A DNA stretch of 60,445 nucleotides from Patescibacteria group bacterium (GTDB lineage Bacteria > Patescibacteriota > Patescibacteriia > JAXHNJ01). Made by a program: the position numbers and the translations under genes. Below the pieces are notes generated by a model, which made no database searches, was not told the origin of the DNA, and saw only the letters and a list, made by a program, of their open reading frames with translations. The stretch lies in assembly GCA_043812155.1 (NCBI GenBank), contig JBDRMK010000009.1, positions 1 through 60,445 on the forward strand, written 5' to 3'. Shown here piece after piece: positions 28,703-37,635 of this stretch (position 1 is the first letter of the stretch; each line of letters opens with the position of its first letter).

Positions 28703-29170
28703 TTATTCCAATAAATCTTCCGGCGTCACCCATTTCCCATTCGGCACGCTGTTGCAGGCGGCGGCGGCGTAAGCCACGGATTCATCGGTATAGCCTCCAG
28801 AGCCTTCACTGTAAGCCCAGGCGATTGATTCCATGACAGAGCCGCCATTCATCTGGCAGCCGCCGAATTCGGAATAAGGGCAGGCGTTCAGGGAAAAAGT
28901 CCGGCTTTCTCCGCAATTTAATTTGGCGGAGTCGCTGTCATTCCACATGGAACCGACATAATCAATACAATTGCTGGAATTAACAATGTCATTGCAGCTG
29001 GCATAAACCTTTCTCGGGCCGGTTTCTTTTAAGCCTTCAGTCACTTGCTCCAAGTCCGTATTTTCGTCCACGCCTGTCTCTTCCGGCAGATTTTCCGTCC
29101 GTCCGGCTAAAAAGTAATAACCCAGGGCCCCGACCCCTAAAACCAGGATAACGATCAATACTTTGGTCAT
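28703..29170 (-). CDS. membrane-anchored Cys-rich hypothetical protein
   Basis: N-terminal TM anchor, acidic linker, six Cys in the external domain. Confidence 0.7.
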   Translation of the reverse strand: MTKVLIVILVLGVGALGYYFLAGRTENLPEETGVDENTDLEQVTEGLKETGPRKVYASCNDIVNSSNCIDYVGSMWNDSDSAKLNCGESRTFSLNACPYSEFGGCQMNGGSVMESIAWAYSEGSGGYTDESVAYAAAACNSVPNGKWVTPEDLLE

Positions 29171-29432
29171 AAATGTCTTTTAAATAATAAATATGTTTTT
29201 ATTATAACACTTTAGGTAAAAAATAAAAAAATCCCGGCTTGGTTGGATTTGTTGCTCTTTCTGACAGCAGAAAGAACCAAAGACTGCTGGGGGCTTCAAT
29301 TTTTTTGTTACTAACATCTTATTTGTATTCTGACCCCCGTGGGTACAAAAAGGAAGCCCCCAGACCCCAGTATGCTAAAGGATTTAGTTTCTGCTAATTG
29401 TTTTTCTTTGAGGCGCCACAAAGTTTGTTCTC

Positions 29433-29693
29433 TTATTTCCGGTATTTACGATAAGCGAGCAGATAAGCCGGGATCAGAAAAATAATAAAATCTAATATCA
29501 AATAAAGGGGCCTGAAGACATCGGCCATTGGACCACCGATCATGTAAGAGCCTTCCTGAAAATACCAAAAAGGCAGACCCCATTTATGCGGCATGTCCGT
29601 GGCATGCCCTAAAGTCGAAAAAATGTAGCCTAAGAAGAGGAATATAAGGGTGTTTGAAAGGGTTAAAATAATTCTTTTGCGCCGGATATTCAT
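29433..29693 (-). CDS. small membrane protein
   Basis: Two TMs with a WGLPFWY loop; TATAAT 6 nt before ATG. Confidence 0.6.
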   Translation of the reverse strand: MNIRRKRIILTLSNTLIFLFLGYIFSTLGHATDMPHKWGLPFWYFQEGSYMIGGPMADVFRPLYLILDFIIFLIPAYLLAYRKYRK

Positions 29694-29771
29694 GCTTCAA
29701 TTATACCTTTTACCTCAAGAATAAAAAAGCGGCTCTGACCCCCGCGGGCAAGGCACTCATGTAATTTAAAT

Positions 29772-30506
29772 TTAGTCGAAATATTTTTCGACCATACCGA
29801 TTATCTTTATGTCCGTCCTGATCTCCTTTTCCGGATGATCCAGTTTTCGCGAATTTAGCCGGATAAAAAAGTAGCGGCCGCTGAATTCCATCAAGGCTTT
29901 GACCTTTTGCTCAAGGATGACGCGCATGAGATGAGGGTCTAAAAGCTCAAAAGCCAGCTTGGCGTCAGAAGCCGTGACGCCATAATAACGGTTGAACTCC
30001 CGGCTTTCCAGAAAAACCTGTTTGCCGCTTTTAAGATAAAATGTCATCGGTGATTCATGCCGTTTGATCATCACGCTGCCAGGCACAAAACCCCGGTGCT
30101 TGATCCCTATAAACAGATCTTCAATAGGGCAAATTCCTTCCCTATCCTGTATTTCACCGGCCAATTGCACCAGAAAAAAATCATGGCCGTCTATTATTCC
30201 CCGCGCCTCCTCCACGATCCTCACTTTCTGCCAATCATGGATCAGATGCATCTCTGTCCAGGGCTCCTCTATCTCTTTGGATTCATGACTATAATTCAGC
30301 GGAAAAATGGCGGCCGTTTTCTTGATATAACGAGTGAACGATTCGCCGGTTATCTGGGGAAAAAGCGGTAAAAAGATCAGTACGGCCAGGCCGAGGGAAA
30401 GCATGCCCACGCTCGGATAAGAGCGGGCGATCACAAGAAAAATCACTATAAAGACCAGAACGATGATCATTAATATATTCCGGGTTTTTGATTCGAGCAT
30501 CGGCAT
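29772..30506 (-). CDS. membrane protein with a DUF3137-like domain
   Basis: Two N-terminal TMs; LESREFNRYYGVTASDAKLAFELLDPHLM motif shared with the 27822-28685 protein. Confidence 0.6.
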   Translation of the reverse strand: MPMLESKTRNILMIIVLVFIVIFLVIARSYPSVGMLSLGLAVLIFLPLFPQITGESFTRYIKKTAAIFPLNYSHESKEIEEPWTEMHLIHDWQKVRIVEEARGIIDGHDFFLVQLAGEIQDREGICPIEDLFIGIKHRGFVPGSVMIKRHESPMTFYLKSGKQVFLESREFNRYYGVTASDAKLAFELLDPHLMRVILEQKVKALMEFSGRYFFIRLNSRKLDHPEKEIRTDIKIIGMVEKYFD

Positions 30507-30536
30507 ATAAATTCATTATAGCATTGGAAATTAGAT

Positions 30537-30568
30537 AAAAAAAGCGGGCTGTTAGGATACAGCCCGCT
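30537..30568 (-). terminator. intrinsic terminator of the rSAM-precursor operon
   Basis: agcgggctgt...acagcccgct stem followed by T7 on the minus strand. Confidence 0.8.
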
Positions 30569-30590
30569 GAAAAGGACTAGAAGATTTTGA

Positions 30591-30779
30591 CTAGTCCCCT
30601 GGATCGTCGCCTTGGTCGGGACCGGAAGGACAATCACAGTCATTTTGGCCGCAATCGCCATCGCAGTCGCAACCGCCGTTGACACCGGCCGCGAACGCCC
30701 GCAGCGGCGTTTCAGCCATTGCCTTGGCAGAAACCGTGGCAAAATCACGGCTGACTAGACCTTCAATGATACTGCTCAT
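30591..30779 (-). CDS. putative RiPP precursor peptide (Cys/Asp-rich core after Gly-Gly)
   Basis: AGAAAGGAGG SD; leader ending VNGG, then CDCDGDCGQNDCDCPSGPDQGDDPGD; directly downstream of the SPASM rSAM gene. Confidence 0.75.
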   Translation of the reverse strand: MSSIIEGLVSRDFATVSAKAMAETPLRAFAAGVNGGCDCDGDCGQNDCDCPSGPDQGDDPGD

Positions 30780-30836
30780 GGTAGGGGTTCCTCCTTTCTA
30801 TCATGAGACATTTAGAGAAAATAAACCTCCTTTCTT

Positions 30837-31841
30837 TCATGAGGCCTTTGGAAGGCCGGGAATACTTGCTCTGGCATCGCGCGCAAACCAGATGAGATTG
30901 CATCCGCCGCGGCAAGTCGTCCAGAGCCGGCAATCCGTGCATTTGTCACTGGGCGCGTGCGTTTCCAAAAAGAGTTTCTCTATTTCTCGCGTTTTCAGGA
31001 AACTCGTGATCGCTTCCGGATCATTCAGATTGCCATAGCTTAAGTCAGGCATGTGGGTGCAAGGATTAAGATTGCCGAAAGGATCGACCGCTACTGCCGT
31101 GCCATAGAAACTGCAGGACACACGTAGCCTACCTGACTGAATGAGTTGAGGAAGGGCCGCCTGGTCAAAAAGGCAGAGAGGTATCAGCGCGTAGAACCGC
31201 ACAAAATCATACTTCTGCCCGATCGACTCGACCACGCGGGCGTAATCCGCCAAATCAATCTGTCCGTTATGTTCGCGAGGCGGGTACCCGCTTGGCTGCG
31301 CTGAGCACATATTGAAGGCGGCAACGCGCACCCGTAAATCACGGAGTATTTGTACCACCTCTTCAATAATCTCAAGGTTGTAGCGGCTGACGGTGGTAAT
31401 GCTGTTGCAGCGGATATCCGCCGTTATCAGATTACGCAAACCCTGCATAGACTCCTGGAATGAACCGGGCACTCGAGTGATGTGGTCATGGACCGCTTCA
31501 GTCCCTTCAATTGAGACGGCGCAATAATGCAAACCCGCCTGCTTGAGTGCCGTCACTAGGGCCATGTCTTTTAGCGCGCGGCCGTTGCTCATGATCCTTA
31601 CTTCAATCCCGAGACCGGACATGAAGTGCACCAACGGCACAATATCAGTGTAGTCTGTCGGTTCGCCGCCCACAAGAATGCACGATTTTGCACCCGCCGC
31701 CGCCAACTGCCGCACGTAAGATTTTGCGGTCTCGAGTGTCACAGCACTCTCTTTAGAAAGCTTTGCCCCGGCGTAGCACATTCGACAACGGTTTTTGCAA
31801 TCGTAAGTTGGAGAAAACCAAAATCCGGAAATCCCTTTCAT
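30837..31841 (-). CDS. radical SAM/SPASM domain protein (putative peptide maturase)
   Basis: CKNRCRMC, GGEP, and SPASM motif C...GNLNPC...CTDCRLWTTCRGGC; AAGGAGG SD before ATG 31841. Confidence 0.9.
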   Translation of the reverse strand: MKGISGFWFSPTYDCKNRCRMCYAGAKLSKESAVTLETAKSYVRQLAAAGAKSCILVGGEPTDYTDIVPLVHFMSGLGIEVRIMSNGRALKDMALVTALKQAGLHYCAVSIEGTEAVHDHITRVPGSFQESMQGLRNLITADIRCNSITTVSRYNLEIIEEVVQILRDLRVRVAAFNMCSAQPSGYPPREHNGQIDLADYARVVESIGQKYDFVRFYALIPLCLFDQAALPQLIQSGRLRVSCSFYGTAVAVDPFGNLNPCTHMPDLSYGNLNDPEAITSFLKTREIEKLFLETHAPSDKCTDCRLWTTCRGGCNLIWFARDARASIPGLPKAS

Positions 31842-31937
31842 GACACCCTCCTTATTTGTAAAAGAACAGGCCATTGTTTTGCCCTGATCCAAGTCTTTCT
31901 ATTCTAGCCCTGTGCTCAAGATCTCGGGCTTCTCTCT

Positions 31938-31966
31938 TTTATATACCTTATTAAAGAAACTGTCAA
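31938..31966 (-). promoter_or_regulatory. sigma70 promoter of the rSAM-precursor operon
   Basis: TTGACA-17-TATAAA on the minus strand. Confidence 0.65.
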
Positions 31967-32015
31967 GGCCTACGGGTAAATAAAAAATCAAGTCCATAAT
32001 ATGCTTTACTCTAAA

Positions 32016-32205
32016 ATAAAAAAAGCGGCTCAATCCCCTATTGGGCAAATCCCAAGCACCCTGCCTCACCGACCGGCGGGCAAGCTACAAATAAATTCAA
32101 AGCACCAAATCCTAAATCCAAAACAAATCCGAATATCTAAATTCCAAATCCAAAACCACGTTAGAAACGCCGTTTCTAAACAGGGAAACAAATTCCAAAT
32201 TCCAA
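32016..32205. repeat. intergenic repeat cluster (half-terminator copy, small palindrome, AAATCC/AAATTC tract)
   Basis: ataaaaaaagcggctcaatcccct shared with 35212; cctgcc...ggcgggcaag; many aaatcc/aaattc units. Confidence 0.6.
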
Positions 32206-32279
32206 TGACCGAAAGCCCAAACGTAGATAAAAAAACAGGGAGCCGTTTGATGGGCTCCCTATAAGATCGGAAAAGAAGT

Positions 32280-32816
32280 TTATTTTTTTGCCGAAACTAG
32301 GCCGTCATACTTACCCAATAGCCATTTACCCTGCCAATGGCTATCGGTCGTGATACCACCCGTCTGCCAAATCTGGCTTAGGACGGCAAAAAGTCCGTCC
32401 ATGTCCCTTTTGGCCAGTCGTCCGCCATCGGTAAAATCATCGCCGGCAAAACCAGCGAATACCCTTTCACAAAACTGCACTTCATAACAATATATGTACT
32501 TCGGCGACTCTTCCCCTTCCTGGGCCTCAAACTGATGGACCCAGAGCTCACGGACATAGTTATCGTCAATCGATTGGGACTCCGTGGCAATTAAGCGGGC
32601 AAAAATCTTGGCGTTCTCCCAGGGGTCCAGCCGGCTTTTAAGCAGATAAACCCGCGGCGGCTCTCCCCCATACCTGATCATGCGCAACGGATAGTCTTGA
32701 ATGCGAATAACAACGCATTCCTCACTGTCCTCCTCCCAGTTGGCCTCAACCATATTCTCCAACAGAAAGGCCAAGCCGTATCTACAATGAGTAGCTTCAT
32801 CAATAGTGTGCGACAT
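32280..32816 (-). CDS. hypothetical acidic protein
   Basis: 178 aa, AAGGAGG SD, downstream hairpin agggagcc...ggctccct at 32237-32260. Confidence 0.7.
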   Translation of the reverse strand: MSHTIDEATHCRYGLAFLLENMVEANWEEDSEECVVIRIQDYPLRMIRYGGEPPRVYLLKSRLDPWENAKIFARLIATESQSIDDNYVRELWVHQFEAQEGEESPKYIYCYEVQFCERVFAGFAGDDFTDGGRLAKRDMDGLFAVLSQIWQTGGITTDSHWQGKWLLGKYDGLVSAKK

Positions 32817-33093
32817 CTCGAACCTCCTTAGAAGTGATTTTTGATTCTCCTTAGATTTGTATAAAAAAGCGATCAGTTAAATCTAGTCAACTCCGAATAT
32901 TAGCAAGTCTTTCTTTTTTTGTCAACCTGATAATCAAGTCTTTCCTCCGTCGTTGCTTAGAGCAGGGTCTGGGCTCGGGACTTTGGGGATAAAAAAGGAC
33001 AAACTGCATCTTGACAAAAGAATAATTAGTGATAAGGTCAAATTACTAATTTTGCTGTTTGAAAACCTTAAACTTAGCAAAGGAGTGGTTAAA

Positions 33094-34494
33094 ATGAAGC
33101 CGCTATTCTATTTCCTGCTTATGATCCTGTTTCTCTCTCTATCCTGCGATCAGACCACAAAACCGGTGAAGCCGACCTACGGCTACCTTTATGTTAATTC
33201 GGCTCCGGAAAACGCCTCTGTCCTTATTGACGGCAGAGACACCGGCCAGAAAACTCCGTCTCTGGTCACTCATATTGAAACCGGCAGCCGGCGAGTGGTA
33301 GTTTCGCTTGAGAATTACGAAGACTGGTCAGCCATGATCTTGATCAAGGAGAATCATACTGATTCGGTCTTTGCCCAGCTTTCGCTGAAACCGATCATCT
33401 TGATCGTCAATTCAGACCCGCCGGGAGCGATGATCACGGTTAACGGAGTGATCAACGGCATGACGACCCCGGACACCATCCGGAATTTCAATCCCGGCCC
33501 CTACCTGATCGGCTTGCGTAAACCGGGCTACTTCCCTTATGACGAAAAAGTGGAGCTTCATTACGGCGACACGAAAACGGTCTTTTCCTCTCTGGTCCGC
33601 TGCCCGGACTACGCTCTCGCTTACACCATCGGCTCAGTCATTTACCACTGCCGTCTTGACGGAACCAACCTTAAAACCCTGGCTTCCGATTACAAAAATG
33701 ACGGTAACGGTTTAGTGATGTCGCCGGACGGAAAGTGTCTCGCTTATGGCAACGGTTCGGGTATCCGGGTCATCAATTCTGAGGGCCAGGAAGAATACCT
33801 GATCCCCTACACCAACCGGGCTAATGACCACACCTGGTCGCATGACAGCCGCTATCTGGTCTGGGGCGTTTACACGCCGGGGATCTACCGCTACGACACC
33901 GAGACCAAAGCAGTGGCCAGGATCTATGCCACGCCCGGCTACCGCTACAGCCATTGTCCGGTCTATGACCAGGATGACCAGCGGGTCGCTTTTGTCCGGC
34001 ATGAGTGGGAAACCCAGGCCAGCCTTTTTGTCATGAAGGCGGACGGTTCTCTGGTGCAGATGACTTCCGGCGAATTCCTGACGGAATACGACGAGAACAT
34101 CCAGCTTAACTGGGCCGGCGACAGCCTTCTGGTTTTTCGGACCACAAGGACCAAAGGCACTCTTTACGGCCTTTACACTTTTGACCTCCGTAGCAGAACA
34201 GTCAGCCGGGTAAATCAAAAAGCAATCAGCTTTCTGACCACTTCGCCTGACCAGCAGCAATACGCCTACTATGCCTACCCCAACGTTTGTTACGGGCCGA
34301 TCGGCAACTGGGAAAATCCGGCCTTGAATAAGGATATTTACTTCCCGACCCGGATTGCCTGGTCGCCGGAGAGTGACTTCTTCCTGGTCAGAGGGGCCGA
34401 GGGTATCTATATGGTCACGCCGGACCAGCGGGTTATTCCGGTTGTTACTTTTACCGGTTACCACGCCAGCGGCGGCCTCACTATTGCTCATTAA
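33094..34494 (+). CDS. PEGA-domain lipoprotein with a TolB-like beta-propeller
   Basis: AAGGAG SD before ATG 33094; lipobox LSLSC; two VNSxPxxAxxxxxG PEGA repeats; SPDG/WSHD/SPD propeller repeats. Confidence 0.82.
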   Translation: MKPLFYFLLMILFLSLSCDQTTKPVKPTYGYLYVNSAPENASVLIDGRDTGQKTPSLVTHIETGSRRVVVSLENYEDWSAMILIKENHTDSVFAQLSLKPIILIVNSDPPGAMITVNGVINGMTTPDTIRNFNPGPYLIGLRKPGYFPYDEKVELHYGDTKTVFSSLVRCPDYALAYTIGSVIYHCRLDGTNLKTLASDYKNDGNGLVMSPDGKCLAYGNGSGIRVINSEGQEEYLIPYTNRANDHTWSHDSRYLVWGVYTPGIYRYDTETKAVARIYATPGYRYSHCPVYDQDDQRVAFVRHEWETQASLFVMKADGSLVQMTSGEFLTEYDENIQLNWAGDSLLVFRTTRTKGTLYGLYTFDLRSRTVSRVNQKAISFLTTSPDQQQYAYYAYPNVCYGPIGNWENPALNKDIYFPTRIAWSPESDFFLVRGAEGIYMVTPDQRVIPVVTFTGYHASGGLTIAH

Positions 34495-34509
34495 ACTAGT
34501 TTTGTCTTC

Positions 34510-34533
34510 AAGCTCCCTTCGGGGAGCTTTTTT
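34510..34533 (+). terminator. intrinsic terminator
   Basis: aagctccc-ttcg-gggagctt followed by a T-run. Confidence 0.85.
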
Positions 34534-34641
34534 ATTAATCGACCCTCATCAAACCAGTTGACAAAAAACTGAAATAGATGTAAGCTTATAAGCTTTATTC
34601 AAGTTCATTAATAATTATTTATCTTAAAAAAGGAGCCTGAA

Positions 34642-35160
34642 ATGAAAGTCCTTCCTGTTCATGTTCAGATGACCAAGCGGCTTTTTGACGAGGGCTATGT
34701 TTGGAGTTTTTTTTGGCGGTTTGTGGTATCTGAAACAGACGCTCTTTTCCGAAGCTACGTTAACGACTACCTCTTTGAACAAAAAGCCGGTTTCTTGCCC
34801 GAAATTCATCTGTACGGCCAGAAAGAAAGAACCGAAATCCGCTTTAAAGAGCTTCAAACCCCAGGAGAAGTGGAAAAGGTCGTCAAAGTCCTGGTCAGCA
34901 TAATTGGTCCGATCCATTACGCTGGCCATGAAAATGTATTATGGGTAAAAGGAGAGAATTTTTCCATAAGGCCGGAGATTTTGGCTGATGAAATCAAACA
35001 CTTGGGCGAATTCTTGGCTTTTTTCGGCCAACACGAACCGGCCTGGGGCCAGCTGGTTGAACAATACCTGGGCGAGCTTAATGATCGCCAGCTGGAAAAG
35101 CTGGTTTGCGCCTTTGCCCGGCCCTTAGTTGAACCTTGGCGAAAAGCCTGGAAATTGTAA
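34642..35160 (+). CDS. hypothetical protein
   Basis: AAGGAG SD, TTGACA promoter near 34558, terminator gccctgt...acagggc-T7 at 35172-35209. Confidence 0.7.
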   Translation: MKVLPVHVQMTKRLFDEGYVWSFFWRFVVSETDALFRSYVNDYLFEQKAGFLPEIHLYGQKERTEIRFKELQTPGEVEKVVKVLVSIIGPIHYAGHENVLWVKGENFSIRPEILADEIKHLGEFLAFFGQHEPAWGQLVEQYLGELNDRQLEKLVCAFARPLVEPWRKAWKL

Positions 35161-35213
35161 ATTTTATTTATGCCCTGTTCTAGATCAAATCATGGACAGG
35201 GCTTTTTTTAGAT

Positions 35214-35250
35214 AAAAAAAGCGGCTCAATCCCCTTGTGGGACGAGCCGC
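35214..35250 (-). terminator. intrinsic terminator of the NHL gene
   Basis: gcggctc...gagccgc stem followed by T7 on the minus strand. Confidence 0.75.
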
Positions 35251-35273
35251 GTCTTAAACTAGAGAACGAACTG

Positions 35274-37139
35274 CTACCGCAGAACTACGATCTTCTGCGT
35301 TTTGATTTCCGCGCCGGATGAGAGCCGGAGGAAGTAGACCCCGGAAGCACCTTGGTGCTGGTACGCGAACCGGTATTGACCCGTTTCCCTCTGCTCATGG
35401 TTGATAAGAGTCTTGACCAGCCCTCCGTTTACGTCGTAGACCGAAAGCGAGATCAAGCCGGCCTTCGGCACGTTGTAGATGATCGTCGTCATCGGGTTAA
35501 AAGGATTCGGGTAAGCGCTTAAGGCCAGTTTCAGCGGGGGCAGATCTTCCACGCCGGTCAGGTAGGCCGGTGAGGACACGCCGCTTTCGTTGCCGTTGAA
35601 ATCGGTGACGGAAACGAAGTAATAGGTGCACCCGGTTGCTTCGCTCAGATCATAGCTGTTTTCCGTAGTGTGTTCGATCAGCACAGCTGTTTCGTCGAAC
35701 TCGGCTGACGAAGACCCGTAGATTGAGTAGAAGTTGAAATCAGGCTCGCTCGCCGGGTTCCAAGTGAGCATGTCCGCTTCGACGCTCAGATTCAGAGGCG
35801 CGGCCGGGGCAAGATTGTCCACGGAATAACCGGAGTCAACCGCAGAGTCAAAGTAAACCAGAGGGTCGGCCGTGGCCGCCCGGATGAAGAACTCTGACCA
35901 GTAGATGCCTTGTTCTTTGGTGGAATCGGCCAGCGTGGGCGCAATCATGTTGTATCCGTCTTCGCCGTGAGCTGGAATGGCGCCGACAAATTCCCAATCC
36001 ATAAGCATCGGCGAAGGATGCAATATCTGGCCTTGGATTTTGGTTGGCGCGCTGTTCACGGTTGCGTTCAGCAAGGGATCAATCCGGCGGTATGCCTCAT
36101 ACTGCAGGATCGGGGTGAGAGAATTGTAAGAGTCTCTTCCTGATTTGGTAAAGTTAAGACGAACCAACCGGCCTTGATCGTTCACAACGTCCTTGATAAC
36201 CAAGTCATGCGGGGCCAGAAACCCGAACTTCTGGACGCGGTTGTTTAAATAATCAGTCACATAGATATTACCCCAGGCGTCAGCTGCGATATCCGCAGGC
36301 CACCTAAACTGACCATCACCACCGCCGCTTGTTCCCCACTTGAGGATAAACACGCCTTCACTCGTGAACTTCTGGACGCGGTTGTTTTCATATTCAGCCA
36401 CATAGACATTACCCCAGGCGTCAACCGTGATGCCACGGGGGTAATAAAACTGACCATCGCCAATGCCGATAGTTCCCCACTTGAGGATAAACTCGCCGTC
36501 ACTCGTGAACTTCTGGACGCGATAGTTTCCATAATCAGTCACATAGATATTACCCCAGGCGTCAGCTGCGATGCCCGCAGGGTAATTAAACTGACCATCG
36601 CCAGTACCGGCAGTTCCCCACTTAGTGATAAACTCGCCTTCACTCGTGAACTTCTGGACGCGGTTGTTTCCATAATCAGCCACATAGACATTATTCCCGG
36701 CGTCAACCGTGATGCCAAAAGGAGCATAAAACTGACCATCGCCAGCGCCGTATGACCCCCATTTGAGGATAAAGGTGCCGTCACTCGTGAACTTCTGGAC
36801 GCGGTTGTTTCCATATTCAGCCACATAGACATTACCCCAGGCGTCAGCCGCGATACCCGCAGGGTAATTAAACTGACCATTGCCAGTACCGTATGTTCCC
36901 CACTTGCGGATAAACACGCCGTCACTCGTGAACTTCTGGACGCGGTCGTTCATATAATCAGCCACATAGACATTACCCCAGGCGTCAGCTGCGATACCCG
37001 CTGGGCAATTAAACTGACCATCGCCAGTACCGGCAGTTCCCCACTTGAGGATAAACTCCGGCGGGTCTTCCGCTTGAGCCAGACTTGCGGCAAACAGGGT
37101 GATGAGCGCGATAAAGATGACAAAGAGCGTTCTTTTCAT
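35274..37139 (-). CDS. secreted NHL-repeat beta-propeller protein with a FlgD-Ig/T9SS type A-like C-terminal domain
   Basis: Signal peptide (AQA), six 47-aa NHL repeats (GQFNYPAGIAADAWGNVYVADY.N.RVQKF), C-terminal AYPNPFNP...ASGVYFLRL...TQKIVVLR. Confidence 0.88.
   Translation of the reverse strand: MKRTLFVIFIALITLFAASLAQAEDPPEFILKWGTAGTGDGQFNCPAGIAADAWGNVYVADYMNDRVQKFTSDGVFIRKWGTYGTGNGQFNYPAGIAADAWGNVYVAEYGNNRVQKFTSDGTFILKWGSYGAGDGQFYAPFGITVDAGNNVYVADYGNNRVQKFTSEGEFITKWGTAGTGDGQFNYPAGIAADAWGNIYVTDYGNYRVQKFTSDGEFILKWGTIGIGDGQFYYPRGITVDAWGNVYVAEYENNRVQKFTSEGVFILKWGTSGGGDGQFRWPADIAADAWGNIYVTDYLNNRVQKFGFLAPHDLVIKDVVNDQGRLVRLNFTKSGRDSYNSLTPILQYEAYRRIDPLLNATVNSAPTKIQGQILHPSPMLMDWEFVGAIPAHGEDGYNMIAPTLADSTKEQGIYWSEFFIRAATADPLVYFDSAVDSGYSVDNLAPAAPLNLSVEADMLTWNPASEPDFNFYSIYGSSSAEFDETAVLIEHTTENSYDLSEATGCTYYFVSVTDFNGNESGVSSPAYLTGVEDLPPLKLALSAYPNPFNPMTTIIYNVPKAGLISLSVYDVNGGLVKTLINHEQRETGQYRFAYQHQGASGVYFLRLSSGAEIKTQKIVVLR
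36226..37060 (-). repeat. 141-bp tandem coding repeat (six units)
   Basis: cactcgtgaacttctggacgcg recurs at 36359, 36500, 36641, 36782 and 36923, exactly 141 bp apart. Confidence 0.9.
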
Positions 37140-37368
37140 GACTTTTTCCTCCTTTTGCCATGAAAACCCAAAACAGCCAGATCATGAATTAATACCTATG
37201 TCTTACTTCTATTTAGCAATTGTGTCAAGCCAAAAATCAAGGAATAAAAAAGCGGCTGGCTATCGCTGACTTTTTGTCAATCCCCTGCTTTTATTTAAAC
37301 AATAAGAAAAAAGCCGCTTCCGGAAGGAAGACGGCTCTTAGTTATTGTTTTGAACTTCTGGCCAGGGA

Positions 37369-37602
37369 TCAGCCGGCCGTGAAATCGGCGATGAAAGTCA
37401 CTTCGGATCTGGAGCACGGAAGAATGCCGTTATCACCGAAGTCGACATTCACGTGATCGTCGTTCAAGGTCAGCTCTTCGACGGTCACGGTGCCGATTAC
37501 CTTGCGGATGTATCGCGTCACGTCTTCGCCGGAAGGCAAAACTACACTCACCTGCGGGACGCAGCGATGATCCACTAAGACTTTAACAAAGGGCTTTCTC
37601 AT
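37369..37602 (-). CDS. small hypothetical protein
   Basis: AAGGAGG SD; downstream terminator-like hairpin at 37308-37337. Confidence 0.6.
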   Translation of the reverse strand: MRKPFVKVLVDHRCVPQVSVVLPSGEDVTRYIRKVIGTVTVEELTLNDDHVNVDFGDNGILPCSRSEVTFIADFTAG

Positions 37603-37635
37603 CGGTTTTCCCTCCTTTCCTGATAAATCGGGGTT

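Noticed and set aside
30776-30835. 11-codon ORF overlapping the precursor start (ATGA) behind a second AGAAAGGAGG
   Set aside because: The SD-to-ATG spacing of about 14 nt is too long, and the precursor has its own strong SD.
26395-34491. Long alternative-frame or antisense ORFs (e.g. 26395-27021, 27924-28490, 33712-34491)
   Set aside because: They are shadows of well-supported genes in GC-richer DNA and have no motifs of their own.
36226-37060. CRISPR array or DGR template/variable repeats
   Set aside because: The repeats are in-frame 47-codon NHL units, differences are not adenine-specific, and there is no reverse transcriptase in the window.
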